Assembly: GCA_963745035.1 (NCBI GenBank)
Contig: CAVUVW010000025.1
Location: 64,001-128,000 of the forward strand
Length of the DNA: 64,000 nucleotides
Source: an uncultured delta proteobacterium
Lineage (GTDB): Bacteria > Desulfobacterota > Binatia > UBA9968
Direction: 5' to 3'
Below the pieces are notes generated by a model. That model saw only the letters and a program-made list of their open reading frames with translations. It did not search any database and was not told where the DNA came from. Both the position numbers and the translations under genes were made by a program. Shown in pieces: positions 20,438 through 30,814 of the stretch (the first letter of the stretch is position 1; every line of letters starts with the position of its first letter).

Positions 20438-21448
20438 CTACAAGGTCGCCATATCATGCTCGACCATGAGTCCGACCAACTCTGCAAAACTGGTTTGAGG
20501 CGACCAGCCGAGTCGCGCCCTGGCTTTTGAATAGTCACCAACCAGATGATCGACTTCCGCGGGCCTAAAAAATTGTCGGTCAATCCGTAATCTGACGATG
20601 CCGTTCGAACTGTCCTTTCCCACCTCGTCTACTCCACTTCCGTACCACTCGAGGTCCACGCCGATTTTTTTAAACGCCAGTTCCGCGAATTCCCTCACGC
20701 TGTGTGATTCTCCACTGGCAATCACATAGTCATCCGGCTCGGGCTGCTGCAGCATGAGCTGCATCGCTTTGACATATTCCAGGGCGTATCCCCAGTCACG
20801 GCTCGCATCCAAATTGCCAAGAGCCAGTTCCTGTTGGAGGCCGAGCTTTATTTTCGCCACGCCATTAGTAATCTTTCTGGTGACGAACTCACGCCCTCTC
20901 AAGGGCGATTCATGATTAAACAGAATTCCCGAACAGACAAACATGCCATAAGACTCCCGATAATTGACCGCCGCCCAGTGGGCGAACAGTTTGGCGGCGG
21001 CATACGGACTTCGAGGGTAAAAGGGGGTTTTTTCATTCTGTGGCATCGCCTGAACTTTGCCGAACATTTCACTCGAAGACGCTTGATAGAATTTGATTTT
21101 TGGATTGACGGCCTTTACGGCCTCGAGGAGGCGTAACGGCCCCAAGCCGGTGACATCAGCCGTGAACACCGGTACGTCGAATGACATGCCGACGAAACTT
21201 TGGGCGCCGAGATTGTAGATCTCGTCGGGCTGAATCCGCTCGATCGCACTGTATAGGTTGGTGAATTCCAATAGTTCGAGAGGAACGAACTTGATCTGCT
21301 CTGCGATGCCGATGAATTTGAGCCTCTCGATATGCATCTCCGAGGTTCGTCGAAACGTTCCATGAACCTCGTATCCTTTGTCCAACAATACTTTGGCAAG
21401 ATAAGCGCCATCCTGCCCCGTGATGCCTGTTACAAGCGCTTTTTTCAT
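20438..21448 (-). CDS. gmd: GDP-mannose 4,6-dehydratase
   Basis: ALVTGITGQDGAYL, YNLGAQSFV, YQASSSEMFG, PRSPYAAAK, GILFNHESPLRG, RDWGYA. Confidence 0.97.
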   Translation of the reverse strand: MKKALVTGITGQDGAYLAKVLLDKGYEVHGTFRRTSEMHIERLKFIGIAEQIKFVPLELLEFTNLYSAIERIQPDEIYNLGAQSFVGMSFDVPVFTADVTGLGPLRLLEAVKAVNPKIKFYQASSSEMFGKVQAMPQNEKTPFYPRSPYAAAKLFAHWAAVNYRESYGMFVCSGILFNHESPLRGREFVTRKITNGVAKIKLGLQQELALGNLDASRDWGYALEYVKAMQLMLQQPEPDDYVIASGESHSVREFAELAFKKIGVDLEWYGSGVDEVGKDSSNGIVRLRIDRQFFRPAEVDHLVGDYSKARARLGWSPQTSFAELVGLMVEHDMATL

Positions 21449-21884
21449 CTGCCTTTATCCTCCCCGGCATGGTTGTGAATTTGTCTCATTCGCGCGTATT
21501 GTTCTTTTGATATGTTACTTTCCATAGCACAAACAAAAGATTGCGCGCCAGCTCAAGCTCATATTTTCGCAATTCTAGATCCTTGTTTTCGAGTTCAGAT
21601 TCAACTACTTGCTCGCACACACGAGTTCTCATGTAGACAACACAACTTAGCCAGTCATGTTTCTCTTTAGCAATGAGCCCGAATGGCGATGCCAAGTCAA
21701 AGCGCTAGCCCACAGACTGAGCATCGCGTTGAAGTCGATGACGTTGATTTCCCGCAGACCGATGACAACAGCATAACAAAAGACTTCCCGCACAATCTGA
21801 GTGGATTTTACGGTCGCTTAATTCCACAAGGACGGAAGAAATAAAATAAAAACGGGTACTTGCGCGCGTCTAACGTTCTATTTT

Positions 21885-22700
21885 ATGTGTGGTTATTCGG
21901 GAGATTATGCGATGCACTACATGACCACTTCTATTCCGATTGCGACGGATTTCATAGCGGACGAATTTTTCGAATTCTTGAAAATTATTAGACACCCGCC
22001 CCAGTTCCATAGAAAACTTTGGGAGTGGGCGTTTATTCTTTATCATGCAGAACGGGAAGGAAAGCTCGGTACAGGGATGAAGGCGCTCGGTTTTGGGGTT
22101 GGTGTTGAAAAGCTTCCTGCGATATTTGCGTCTCGCGGCTGCATAGTCGTCGCCACGGATGGACCCAATAACATAGGACAAGAATGGAGACAGACAGGTC
22201 AATACAGTCGTGACACAACAGAGCTTTTCTGCGACTTTATCATTGACAGAAATTCGTTTGATTCGCTTGTGTCATTTGAAGAGTGCGACATGAAAAATAT
22301 CTCCCCACATCTTAGGGATTTCGACTTCTGCTGGTCGGCATGTGCACTTGAGCATTTAGGAAGTCTCGAGGCTGGAATAAAATTCATCGAAAATAGTCTG
22401 AAAACGCTCAAAGTCGGCGGTCTAGCTATCCACACCACGGAGTTTAATGTGAGCTCTGACACCGAGACAGCCGAATACGGGCCGACGGTTCTATATCGCA
22501 GAAGCGATATCGACATGATCCGTGCGCGTCTAGAAAAAGCTGGCCATAGCGTGCGCTCGATCACGATCCCTTATGCCTCATCGGCTATAGACAAGCACGT
22601 CGATTTTCCACCCTATTCACATAATCCCCACCTCAAGCTATCGCTGATGAATTATGTGGCAACCTCTATAGGCATTGTCGTCCAGCGAGGCAGGCAGTGA
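21885..22700 (+). CDS. Class I SAM-dependent methyltransferase-like protein (start uncertain)
   Basis: HRKLWEW, ALGFGVGVEKLP, FDFCWSACALEHLGS, LKVGGLAIHTTEFN; opposite strand to its neighbours. Confidence 0.75.
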   Translation: MCGYSGDYAMHYMTTSIPIATDFIADEFFEFLKIIRHPPQFHRKLWEWAFILYHAEREGKLGTGMKALGFGVGVEKLPAIFASRGCIVVATDGPNNIGQEWRQTGQYSRDTTELFCDFIIDRNSFDSLVSFEECDMKNISPHLRDFDFCWSACALEHLGSLEAGIKFIENSLKTLKVGGLAIHTTEFNVSSDTETAEYGPTVLYRRSDIDMIRARLEKAGHSVRSITIPYASSAIDKHVDFPPYSHNPHLKLSLMNYVATSIGIVVQRGRQ

Positions 22701-23028
22701 AAAGGCACCCTAGAAGGCGGTGGGTTCACGGATTGCCAATTGGAAATTGACTCGCGTGCCACCTTACTGGAACAAAATCCTCAACTCTTGCTCCATTTCG
22801 ATTTGTCGAATCAGGTCGTGCACACGAATTACTACCGTGCCCACAAGTACTTTTTTGCGATATTTCGTTATCCAGGCGAAGTGGAGCTTGAGGTGCGCTC
22901 CATATCTTCACCGCCGCACGCAACCACATTGCGAGAACCTTCTCTTCGCCTGGAGGACGAGGCCTTTCGACCACCCCGGGAGGGAACACTAACCCGAATA
23001 GTCTGCTAGTTAGTTAACTAATTACTGC

Positions 23029-26000
23029 CTATAGAACGAGATTCACTAACTGCTGCGCACTCTGCCGCCATGTAACCCAGGGTATGTTATCCGAACAAGG
23101 AGCGTTACCGCTAGCAGCCAATGCGAGCCATTCCTTGATTGCGGTGGCCAGATTTTCGGGCTCTTTACCACTAAAGTAAAATGCATGCTCACCAGCTGCA
23201 TCGCGAAAGACCGGAATATCACGGGCAATAATTGGTAGTTTATGCTGCGCTGCCTCGATCAACGGCAAGCCGAATCCTTCAGCCTCTGAAGCAGCCAGCA
23301 ACGCAGACGATGCTTCATACACCATTACCAAAAACTCGTCGCTTATACCTTCAAACCAATGTAGGTGTTTACCGAAATTTGGATGGCCACGAAGCTTCTG
23401 AACTAAATCCTCAACCATCCAGCCTTGCTTGCCCACAATTACCAAATCGGCCTCAATCCCGCTCACCCAAAGTTGTTCGAACGCGGCGAGCGCCTGACGG
23501 TGTCCTTTACGTGGTTCAAGTGTGCCGACCATCAAAAAGGTTGGACGGTCAGCGAAAGCATTTAGCAGTTCCTTCGCGCCGCCTGGTAAACCTTTCGATG
23601 GAGAGGAAGCAGCAATGTCTGCCCCCAAAGGAAACCACTCAATCCTGAAGGGCCGTTGACGGACCGGACCGTTTTGCTTGAGCCATTCTTCAAGTTGGGC
23701 GGCCACGACCTTTGAAATACAAAATGCTCCGTCACACTGAGTCACTATCCTTAACCAAGACTCGTAATAGTCTGCCAATCCTGGAGGAAAAGCGTTAGGA
23801 AGGATAATCGGCAAAATATCGTATACAACGAAGTAGACACCTAACCCGCAGTTGCGCAACTTCTGATAAAAAGGTTGATGTGCCGATACTACCTCGGGCT
23901 GCAAGTCTAACCCGAGAAAAACGTCACCAACACGGAATTCGATGGCATCATCTGAGAGGAGTGAATCTGGACAACCAAGAAATCGCAGAGTAAAACGCCG
24001 TGCATACCGGTAGATCCGATCTGTCGTCGCATAAACGGGCTCAACCCTGAAACCTTCCGGCCCGTGATTGAGCAATTCTTGCAAGATGCTACGCACGGCA
24101 CGCTGAATACCACTTCCTGCATCGTGCTGTACAAGTTCCGAAATGTCGATGAACAGTTGCCGCGGAGCGATGGGAGGCGAAATCGAAAGTGCTATTGACT
24201 CCGACAATGAGATCCACGTTTGTGTTTCTGTAGGCGATGGTACAAGCCTAGCCATCGCTTGGGTCAAAGCAGAAATACCAGTAAGGCCCTTCCGATAGTT
24301 TCCCTCAATAGCCGCTGCATATGCGTCGGCACATGCTCGCGGAGCATGACGCGTGCGGACGATCTCCTGCGCCGTCTTGCCTAATTGTTGGCGACGCGTC
24401 GGATCACTCCAGAGACTTTCAAGGGCGCTCACTAACTGATTCTCGCCGAAGTCAGCCTCTAATTTCCATACCCCATCGTCCGGTAACTCTGCCATGCTGC
24501 CTTCCGCATTAACTATAGTCGCAAGGCCATAATTCATACAGTCTAGCACGGCTGCCGACGTTTCCCCTCGTGACAATGCTCGCAATTGGACTCCCACATC
24601 AGCCGCCGCAAGGTACCGTTGATAGGTGGGAGTGTCTACCCATCCGGTGATGGTAATTCGCTTGCTGCTGTGATGAATCGTGTTGGCGAGTTCTGCCCCG
24701 TATGAGTCGCTTTGATTCTCACCAACGAAAATCAGCACACAATTAGGTTTAGTTACCAAAGCCGAGGCTAGCCACGCACTCAGCAAACGATGGCTTAGTT
24801 TGTGTCGACCTAACACGCCAAAGCTGCAAACGACGAAATCATCAGTGCCCAGATTCAGCACCCGTCGCGCTTCAGTACGATCAATACCATACGGCGGGGC
24901 ACGCAGAAGAGGAATAACAGACCAATCATCTGACTTGCCCTCGCCGTACCAATGCTCGGCGAGTGCGCGCGACAGTTCAGAGTGTACAATAACTCCGCTA
25001 GCGTTCTGCAGAGTCTGAAGATTCACTGGATATTTCCAAGCTATGGCGTCCACATCGCTGCCCGCCAACCGTTCCTTGATAGCACAATAGCCGTGAGAGG
25101 CGTACAGTGCCACACTCCAGGCAACTGGCGCATAGCCGCTCATTTCCATATGGGCCAGGACTCCGCTAAGAAAAAAATCGTGCAACACTACCGTGCCTGG
25201 GTGCCGTTCTAACAACGAGAACATGTGCTGATGAAATACCGAATTGCCGAAGTGATAAATGATCCGATCGTAGCGGTGGGCATTTTGGTCGAACCATTCC
25301 GGACTACGAATGCAACAGTTCGCTTTGATCCATGGATTAGTCATCTCTACTGGATTGATAACCACGTCTATATCGTAATGGCGCGCAAGCTCTGGCAAGA
25401 GTTCGGCGCTATAGTCAGCTATGCCGCTCTTTTCTGGTGGTAACGGTGACACATAGGCTAGCTGAGCGCGGTGCGTACTAGCAAGCCAACTGCGAGGAGT
25501 GCCCGCCAAACGGCTATACGCATGCAAATGTTCGAATGCTTCCACTGCTCGGCGCCCGCTACGATCCCAAGAAAACTTTGTCGCCTGTTTCAATCCATGG
25601 CGTTTCAGATGCTCTCGGAAGTTGTCATTTGTTACGACATGGTGAAGCTTGGCGGCAATTTTATCTTCACCGTGCGGATCGAACAAAGCATCATCTCGGC
25701 CTATCAGTTCCGGGAGACTGGAGGTATCGGATCCAATCACTGGGGCGCCACAGCTCATAGCTTCTAGTACGGGCAGGCCGAACCCTTCGTATAGAGAGGG
25801 AAAAACAAATGCGGTACATAGATTGTATAGTGCCACCAAATCCGCATCTGGGACGAAGCCAGTCAAGATAAGCTCATCCGGTGCAAGGCCACATTTGGCT
25901 GCCCACCGAGTGATTTCACCGGTTTGCTCCACACTCGCCGAGCAGACAATTGCCAGTTGATAGCGTGACCGTACTGAAGAAGGTAAATTTGCGTATGCTT

Positions 26001-26736
26001 TAATCAACCGGTCGGTATTTTTCCGATGATCAATGCCACCTGTGTACATGACAAACGGCCGGGTCAAATCATAACGGTGTCTAATAATATCTTCCTGAGC
26101 ATTCGTAAGGTATATCGGGTGAAAAATTGCATCTGCCGCTGTTGATACATTTACTACCCACTCCTCCGGCAAATTTAGTAAGGCTATCGCGTCACGTCTG
26201 GAACACTCGGAAATCGATAGCCAAAGTTGTGCGCGCCGTAAGCTGCCCAGCTTCCGCTCGTACCAGGACTCTATTACTGGATCCACGAGGTAGAGATAAC
26301 GATAAATGAGCGGGATCAGATCATACAGAGTGATCGCCGTCGTCGATGTGCTTTTGAGCGTACCAATCGACGTCACGATGTCGTCCCCCAGACCCTCAAA
26401 AAGACTCGAAACGTGAACCACATCGGGCTTTAGATTCGCGAGAGAAGCCTCCCGCAAGCGTTCAGCCGCTTGCCGCCTCCAGCGGTTTTCTAACGTCGCT
26501 TCCGACACCGCTCCAGGCGACTGCCACATCACGATCTGTCTCTGTGGGATTAAGGTGTCGAAAGCGGCACGGATAGATTCAATAGTCTCTGGAAAAAGAC
26601 CATTGACTGCAAGAAACACCTCATGGCCGCCAGCATTACGGACGATAGCCTGCGTCAAAGATAATGTGTAGCGTCCAATGCCCCGATTGCGCGAGCCCGT
26701 GGACTGCGCACCTTGCATGTCAATAACAATGCGCAT
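23029..26736 (-). CDS. Three-domain GT4 polymerase, WbdA-like mannosyltransferase
   Basis: MRIVIDMQGAQSTGSRNRGIGRY start; three GT4 units with EGFGLPVLE, GETSAAVLD and EGFGLPLIE motifs; 1235 aa. Confidence 0.9.
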   Translation of the reverse strand: MRIVIDMQGAQSTGSRNRGIGRYTLSLTQAIVRNAGGHEVFLAVNGLFPETIESIRAAFDTLIPQRQIVMWQSPGAVSEATLENRWRRQAAERLREASLANLKPDVVHVSSLFEGLGDDIVTSIGTLKSTSTTAITLYDLIPLIYRYLYLVDPVIESWYERKLGSLRRAQLWLSISECSRRDAIALLNLPEEWVVNVSTAADAIFHPIYLTNAQEDIIRHRYDLTRPFVMYTGGIDHRKNTDRLIKAYANLPSSVRSRYQLAIVCSASVEQTGEITRWAAKCGLAPDELILTGFVPDADLVALYNLCTAFVFPSLYEGFGLPVLEAMSCGAPVIGSDTSSLPELIGRDDALFDPHGEDKIAAKLHHVVTNDNFREHLKRHGLKQATKFSWDRSGRRAVEAFEHLHAYSRLAGTPRSWLASTHRAQLAYVSPLPPEKSGIADYSAELLPELARHYDIDVVINPVEMTNPWIKANCCIRSPEWFDQNAHRYDRIIYHFGNSVFHQHMFSLLERHPGTVVLHDFFLSGVLAHMEMSGYAPVAWSVALYASHGYCAIKERLAGSDVDAIAWKYPVNLQTLQNASGVIVHSELSRALAEHWYGEGKSDDWSVIPLLRAPPYGIDRTEARRVLNLGTDDFVVCSFGVLGRHKLSHRLLSAWLASALVTKPNCVLIFVGENQSDSYGAELANTIHHSSKRITITGWVDTPTYQRYLAAADVGVQLRALSRGETSAAVLDCMNYGLATIVNAEGSMAELPDDGVWKLEADFGENQLVSALESLWSDPTRRQQLGKTAQEIVRTRHAPRACADAYAAAIEGNYRKGLTGISALTQAMARLVPSPTETQTWISLSESIALSISPPIAPRQLFIDISELVQHDAGSGIQRAVRSILQELLNHGPEGFRVEPVYATTDRIYRYARRFTLRFLGCPDSLLSDDAIEFRVGDVFLGLDLQPEVVSAHQPFYQKLRNCGLGVYFVVYDILPIILPNAFPPGLADYYESWLRIVTQCDGAFCISKVVAAQLEEWLKQNGPVRQRPFRIEWFPLGADIAASSPSKGLPGGAKELLNAFADRPTFLMVGTLEPRKGHRQALAAFEQLWVSGIEADLVIVGKQGWMVEDLVQKLRGHPNFGKHLHWFEGISDEFLVMVYEASSALLAASEAEGFGLPLIEAAQHKLPIIARDIPVFRDAAGEHAFYFSGKEPENLATAIKEWLALAASGNAPCSDNIPWVTWRQSAQQLVNLVL

Positions 26737-28358
26737 TACCGTTCACTTGCTTCGACGGCACGCTTTAAATCAGCGTAAATGCGAGCAGCGCGGGGAGAGA
26801 GGTTTTGGATTGATTCTTCCGGCGTGTTCGGCGAGTAGGGTATCGCGTCAGTCGTTTCTGGTTCTGAGCCGCGTCTAAGCTCGTGACTAGTTGGCGTCGC
26901 TGCTTCCCAGCTAGTGATCAATCCTGCTCGGATGGCGAGCTGGCGCAGCCGATGTTTGAGCCAAGGATGCTTGGCAAGGACCTCCAACGCACGCGATTTT
27001 AGATGAGGATTGGAAAGGGTCTGGCTGATGGCCCATACGATTAGTGATTTGGCGATATGCTTGGGCAGGCGAAGTGCCTTGTGTACCGTGCGCATCGCCA
27101 GCGCCAACAAGCACTTGATCCCTTGCATGGTTTTGCGGAGCGGCCAAGTGATCCGCCAGGATTTGCTAGCATAAACTCCCTGTAATTCTAGGCTGAGCTG
27201 GTCAGCGACTGTCCACCAATGATGTGACGACTGATCGAGCTCATCAATTTTGACTTTGGCCGCGTCCCATTCGTTTTGCAGCCATTGGGCATGGGCTTGC
27301 AACTGGCTCTCATGCTTCCGCGCTCCCTGCAGGTCTGCACCAAGTTGCACCGTGCGCTGGCGCTCCGACTCAAGATCACCTTCCAGCCTGCCGTTACGAC
27401 GACTTAACTCTTCTAACCGATGCTTGGCCGCGTCCCATTCGTTTTGCAGCCACTGGGCATGGGCTTGCAACTGGCTCTCATGCTTCCGCGCTCCCTGCAG
27501 GTCTGCACCAAGTTGCACCGTGCGCTGACGCTCCGCGTCCCATTCGTTTTGCAGCCACTGGGCGTGGAGTTGCAGACGGGTAGTGTGCTCGGCGGCAAGG
27601 TTTTCGGCTCGCATGACTAACTCTTTTTCCCTTGCCTGATGTGACGTTATGAGCTCCCGACAAAGATAGGAACTTGAGCTGAGCACTACATTATCAAAAA
27701 AATTCGGAGGGCACGAAAATGCTTCCGCAAGGTCCGCATGTTCTTTCGATACGTAGAAGCGGTTGAGCCCGTCGAAGTACACAAATTGATATTTCGCGGC
27801 CGTAAGGATAGGGTCCCAAGTTGTGTAGTCAGTCTCGGGCGAGAGGGGGATGGTCGCCTCAACCACCATGACCCAGGGACGAAAAGTTTTGCTGTCCCAC
27901 CCTTTCAGCACCTTTTCTTCGAACCCTTCAACATCGATTTTCAGCCAGTGGACTTCTTTACCAGCCAAAGAAGATAACGCAGACTTTAGGGTTAAAACCG
28001 GAACTTGAATGCGCTCGTGCTTATACCCCTCCTCCACGTTGTAGCGCTGTGCATAAGCGTCCACGAAAGTGCTTAAGCCGGTGTCCGGAATGACGTTCAG
28101 ATCGAGCGTGCCGTCGGCATCACCCAATGCGACCTGTAAAACCGTCTCGTCGGGTCTGTCCTTACGCAGTAGCTCGGCAAATTGAGGCACAGGCTCAATG
28201 TGAATGCCCCGCCAACCGCGCTCGTAAAAAGCTTTGCTAACGGACTCATTGACTGGGTGTTGGGCGCCAACATCGACATAAAACCCCTTTTCGATATGCT
28301 TGAGCGCCCGCCAAAGCATGACATCTTCAAAATTCTGAGCGTACGAAACAAAACTCAT
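26736..28358 (-). CDS. FkbM-family methyltransferase with long coiled coil (WbdD-like chain terminator)
   Basis: SYAQNFEDVML, VDVGA, LKIDVEGFE, YFDGLNRFY; coiled coil then SKSWRITWPLR; lies between wzt and the polymerase. Confidence 0.88.
   Translation of the reverse strand: MSFVSYAQNFEDVMLWRALKHIEKGFYVDVGAQHPVNESVSKAFYERGWRGIHIEPVPQFAELLRKDRPDETVLQVALGDADGTLDLNVIPDTGLSTFVDAYAQRYNVEEGYKHERIQVPVLTLKSALSSLAGKEVHWLKIDVEGFEEKVLKGWDSKTFRPWVMVVEATIPLSPETDYTTWDPILTAAKYQFVYFDGLNRFYVSKEHADLAEAFSCPPNFFDNVVLSSSSYLCRELITSHQAREKELVMRAENLAAEHTTRLQLHAQWLQNEWDAERQRTVQLGADLQGARKHESQLQAHAQWLQNEWDAAKHRLEELSRRNGRLEGDLESERQRTVQLGADLQGARKHESQLQAHAQWLQNEWDAAKVKIDELDQSSHHWWTVADQLSLELQGVYASKSWRITWPLRKTMQGIKCLLALAMRTVHKALRLPKHIAKSLIVWAISQTLSNPHLKSRALEVLAKHPWLKHRLRQLAIRAGLITSWEAATPTSHELRRGSEPETTDAIPYSPNTPEESIQNLSPRAARIYADLKRAVEASER
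27256..27566. repeat. Intragenic direct repeats (168-bp and 105-bp periods) in the coiled coil
   Basis: 27256-27365 is repeated almost exactly at 27424-27533; the HAQWLQNEWDA block occurs a third time from 27534. Confidence 0.9.
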
Positions 28359-29605
28359 TGGATACTTCTTTCACGCTTCCGAATAATAGAAAACTGCGCA
28401 TCGAGCCAATTGGTTCCTATGAAGATGTCTCGCTCCACATTGATCACTTCAAACACAAGCAGGTTATCGATCCATTCGTAGTTGTTGATTAAATGTGTCT
28501 CCGAGCTAACCAAAGCGGGGGAAACTGAATACGAGCCCGGTCCCAGCGTGCAGGTGAATGGCAGTTTGAAAACAACCGTTTCACCAGCTTTGACGTCTTC
28601 CTGAATTTGGCGCGTGTGCCAAGTGTTGGTGCCCCACACCACGTGGCCTTGTTTGTCGCGGATCATGTAGCCGAGCACGAGCCGAGGTAAGTCAGCGTGA
28701 ACAGACGCTTCCAGCCGGAGTTCTACCCTTTGACCGACTCTCGCAATGGCCAATTCCTCTCCGGAGAGCGCATCCAATAATCCCAGCGATTTCGCGCGCG
28801 CCTCACCCGTGCCGCTTCGAGTGAGCAACCAACCATTTTTCTGGCGACGCTGCTCAACACTAAGTTTCACGTTCTCCTTTTCTGCGATGAGTGCGTTGTA
28901 GTAGTCAATGACTGCATCCGGAGAACCATCCCTGAGCACCCGACCCTTATCCAATAAAATGACACGGTCACACAGCGTCCGCACATCACTGAGGCCATGG
29001 GTAACCAGCATGATTGAGACGCCTTCGTCTCTGAATTGACGTATCCGGTCAAAACTCTTGTGCTGAAAATAGCTGTCGCCCACCGATAGCGCTTCGTCGA
29101 CGATCAGCAAATCAGGTTTGAACGCGGTGGCAACACTGAACGCCACTCGCATTTGCATGCCGCTGGAGTAGGTACGTATGGGCTGGTCGAAATACTCTGC
29201 TATTTCGGCGAAAGCTTCGATTTCAGGCATGGCCCGTTTGATTTCCGTTTGGCTGTGGCCCATGAGCCCTGCGGAGTGGTACGCATTTTCCCGGCCGGTC
29301 AGCTCGGGATTGAAGCCCATACCTAGCTCCAGAATCGCGGAGACCCGGCCACTTAATTGGACAACGCCCTCTGTTGGACGAGTCGTGCCGACGATCAGCT
29401 TGAGCAGCGTGCTTTTGCCGGCACCGTTCTGACCAATAACACCGACAGATTCGCCGCCTCGGATTGAAAAACTCACGTCTTTGAGAACCCAATGCTCCTC
29501 CCTCGGTGCTATTGACGGCCAAAACCAGGAACCGATGCGCCGCCATTCGCTGCCCCACCCACGGTAAGACTTGCCGAGTCCTTTTACGTGCAATTCGCCG
29601 CTCAT
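28355..29605 (-). CDS. wzt: Polysaccharide ABC transporter ATPase with Wzt_C carbohydrate-binding domain
   Basis: GQNGAGKST, YSSGMQMRVAF, IVDEALSVGD, C-terminal VWGTNT beta domain. Confidence 0.95.
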   Translation of the reverse strand: MSGELHVKGLGKSYRGWGSEWRRIGSWFWPSIAPREEHWVLKDVSFSIRGGESVGVIGQNGAGKSTLLKLIVGTTRPTEGVVQLSGRVSAILELGMGFNPELTGRENAYHSAGLMGHSQTEIKRAMPEIEAFAEIAEYFDQPIRTYSSGMQMRVAFSVATAFKPDLLIVDEALSVGDSYFQHKSFDRIRQFRDEGVSIMLVTHGLSDVRTLCDRVILLDKGRVLRDGSPDAVIDYYNALIAEKENVKLSVEQRRQKNGWLLTRSGTGEARAKSLGLLDALSGEELAIARVGQRVELRLEASVHADLPRLVLGYMIRDKQGHVVWGTNTWHTRQIQEDVKAGETVVFKLPFTCTLGPGSYSVSPALVSSETHLINNYEWIDNLLVFEVINVERDIFIGTNWLDAQFSIIRKRERSIQ

Positions 29606-30396
29606 AGCTGGTCGACCATTTCGGGGCTGGCCCTACGGAATAGCACCAGAGCAAAACCCAGCAGGGTAGCGGCCATTAAGGCGACCACACTTAAACCGGC
29701 CCAATCTGGCGGGCGGTTGTACAACAACGCGTTTTGGTAGCCCGTAATGATCGGAATCAGCGGGTTTAGAAGCAACCATGCCCGGTATTGGCTTGGAATG
29801 ATGTCGGCCATATAAACGATCGGGGTTAGCCAGAAGAGAAACTGCATAACCACCGGCACAATCTGCCCAATGTCGCGCATAAAGACGTTGAGCACGCCCA
29901 AAGCCAAGCCAAACCCGAGCGCCAAAGCGATATTGATCAGCATCGGTGCGGGAAGCCAGATTAGAGCCGCACCAGGCGTATGCCCAAGTAGCCCAAAAAT
30001 CACTAGGATGGAAGAAAAGAGCAATATGTTGTTGACGAGAGCGCCACCTGTCGCAATGAGGGGCAAGGCGATTCTCGGGAAAACCAACTTCTTCAGAATA
30101 TTGCCGTTATCAATGAAAAGGGTCAGACAGCGGTTGACGATTTCTATAAATAGCGACCAGCCTAAAATCCCGGCCATAAGGTAAATCGGATACGCATATC
30201 GGTTCTCGCTCCCCGGCAGTCTTGCGGAGAGTACCGCCGAGAGCACAAACGCAAATATCACCACGTGGGACAGGGGGTTCAAAATCATCCACAGCCCACC
30301 CAATCGGCTCCGAACAAACCTGACCCGAAGGTCCGTTTTTATGGACGAGAGAATGAAATAACGGTATTGCCATGCTGCAGACAACATTCCTAACAT
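29602..30396 (-). CDS. wzm: Polysaccharide ABC transporter permease
   Basis: RFVRSRLGGLWMILNP, LKKLVFP, RDIGQ, FWLTPIVY, LNPL. Confidence 0.95.
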   Translation of the reverse strand: MLGMLSAAWQYRYFILSSIKTDLRVRFVRSRLGGLWMILNPLSHVVIFAFVLSAVLSARLPGSENRYAYPIYLMAGILGWSLFIEIVNRCLTLFIDNGNILKKLVFPRIALPLIATGGALVNNILLFSSILVIFGLLGHTPGAALIWLPAPMLINIALALGFGLALGVLNVFMRDIGQIVPVVMQFLFWLTPIVYMADIIPSQYRAWLLLNPLIPIITGYQNALLYNRPPDWAGLSVVALMAATLLGFALVLFRRASPEMVDQL

Positions 30397-30814
30397 TGGG
30401 AGATTCCCTGACTAATTTCGTCAAAAAATAGCTGAGTCATTAGGCGACATGACTCCTGCTCACAATATCCATTTCTTACCCTCCACGTCCAGCATCCATG
30501 CTTATCATCGAGGCTCGGACGTCTAGACACACGAATAGCATTCCTGGGAATTAGGAATCTGCCTCGATCACGGATGTGAGCGGCACTCCGAATTGACGTT
30601 CCGAGCCACAGAGTGAATTTGCCCGGATCAGCATTTCGTCTATGACTGCAAAGCAGTCTGATGCCGCAAGTCTACAATCAAGCAAAACTGTCGGATAATC
30701 TCGCTGGCGTCTATTAACGCGGAAACGTTGGTTCCAACAACTCATCCAGGAGTAAGTCAAAGGGCACGAATCACTCGGAGTGCAGCCTTTCTGGGATAGG
30801 TGCGCATCACCTGT

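Noticed and set aside
27256-27566. CRISPR-like or mobile repeat
   Set aside because: The repeats are in-frame coding units without unique spacers; no CRISPR array or cas gene is seen in the window.
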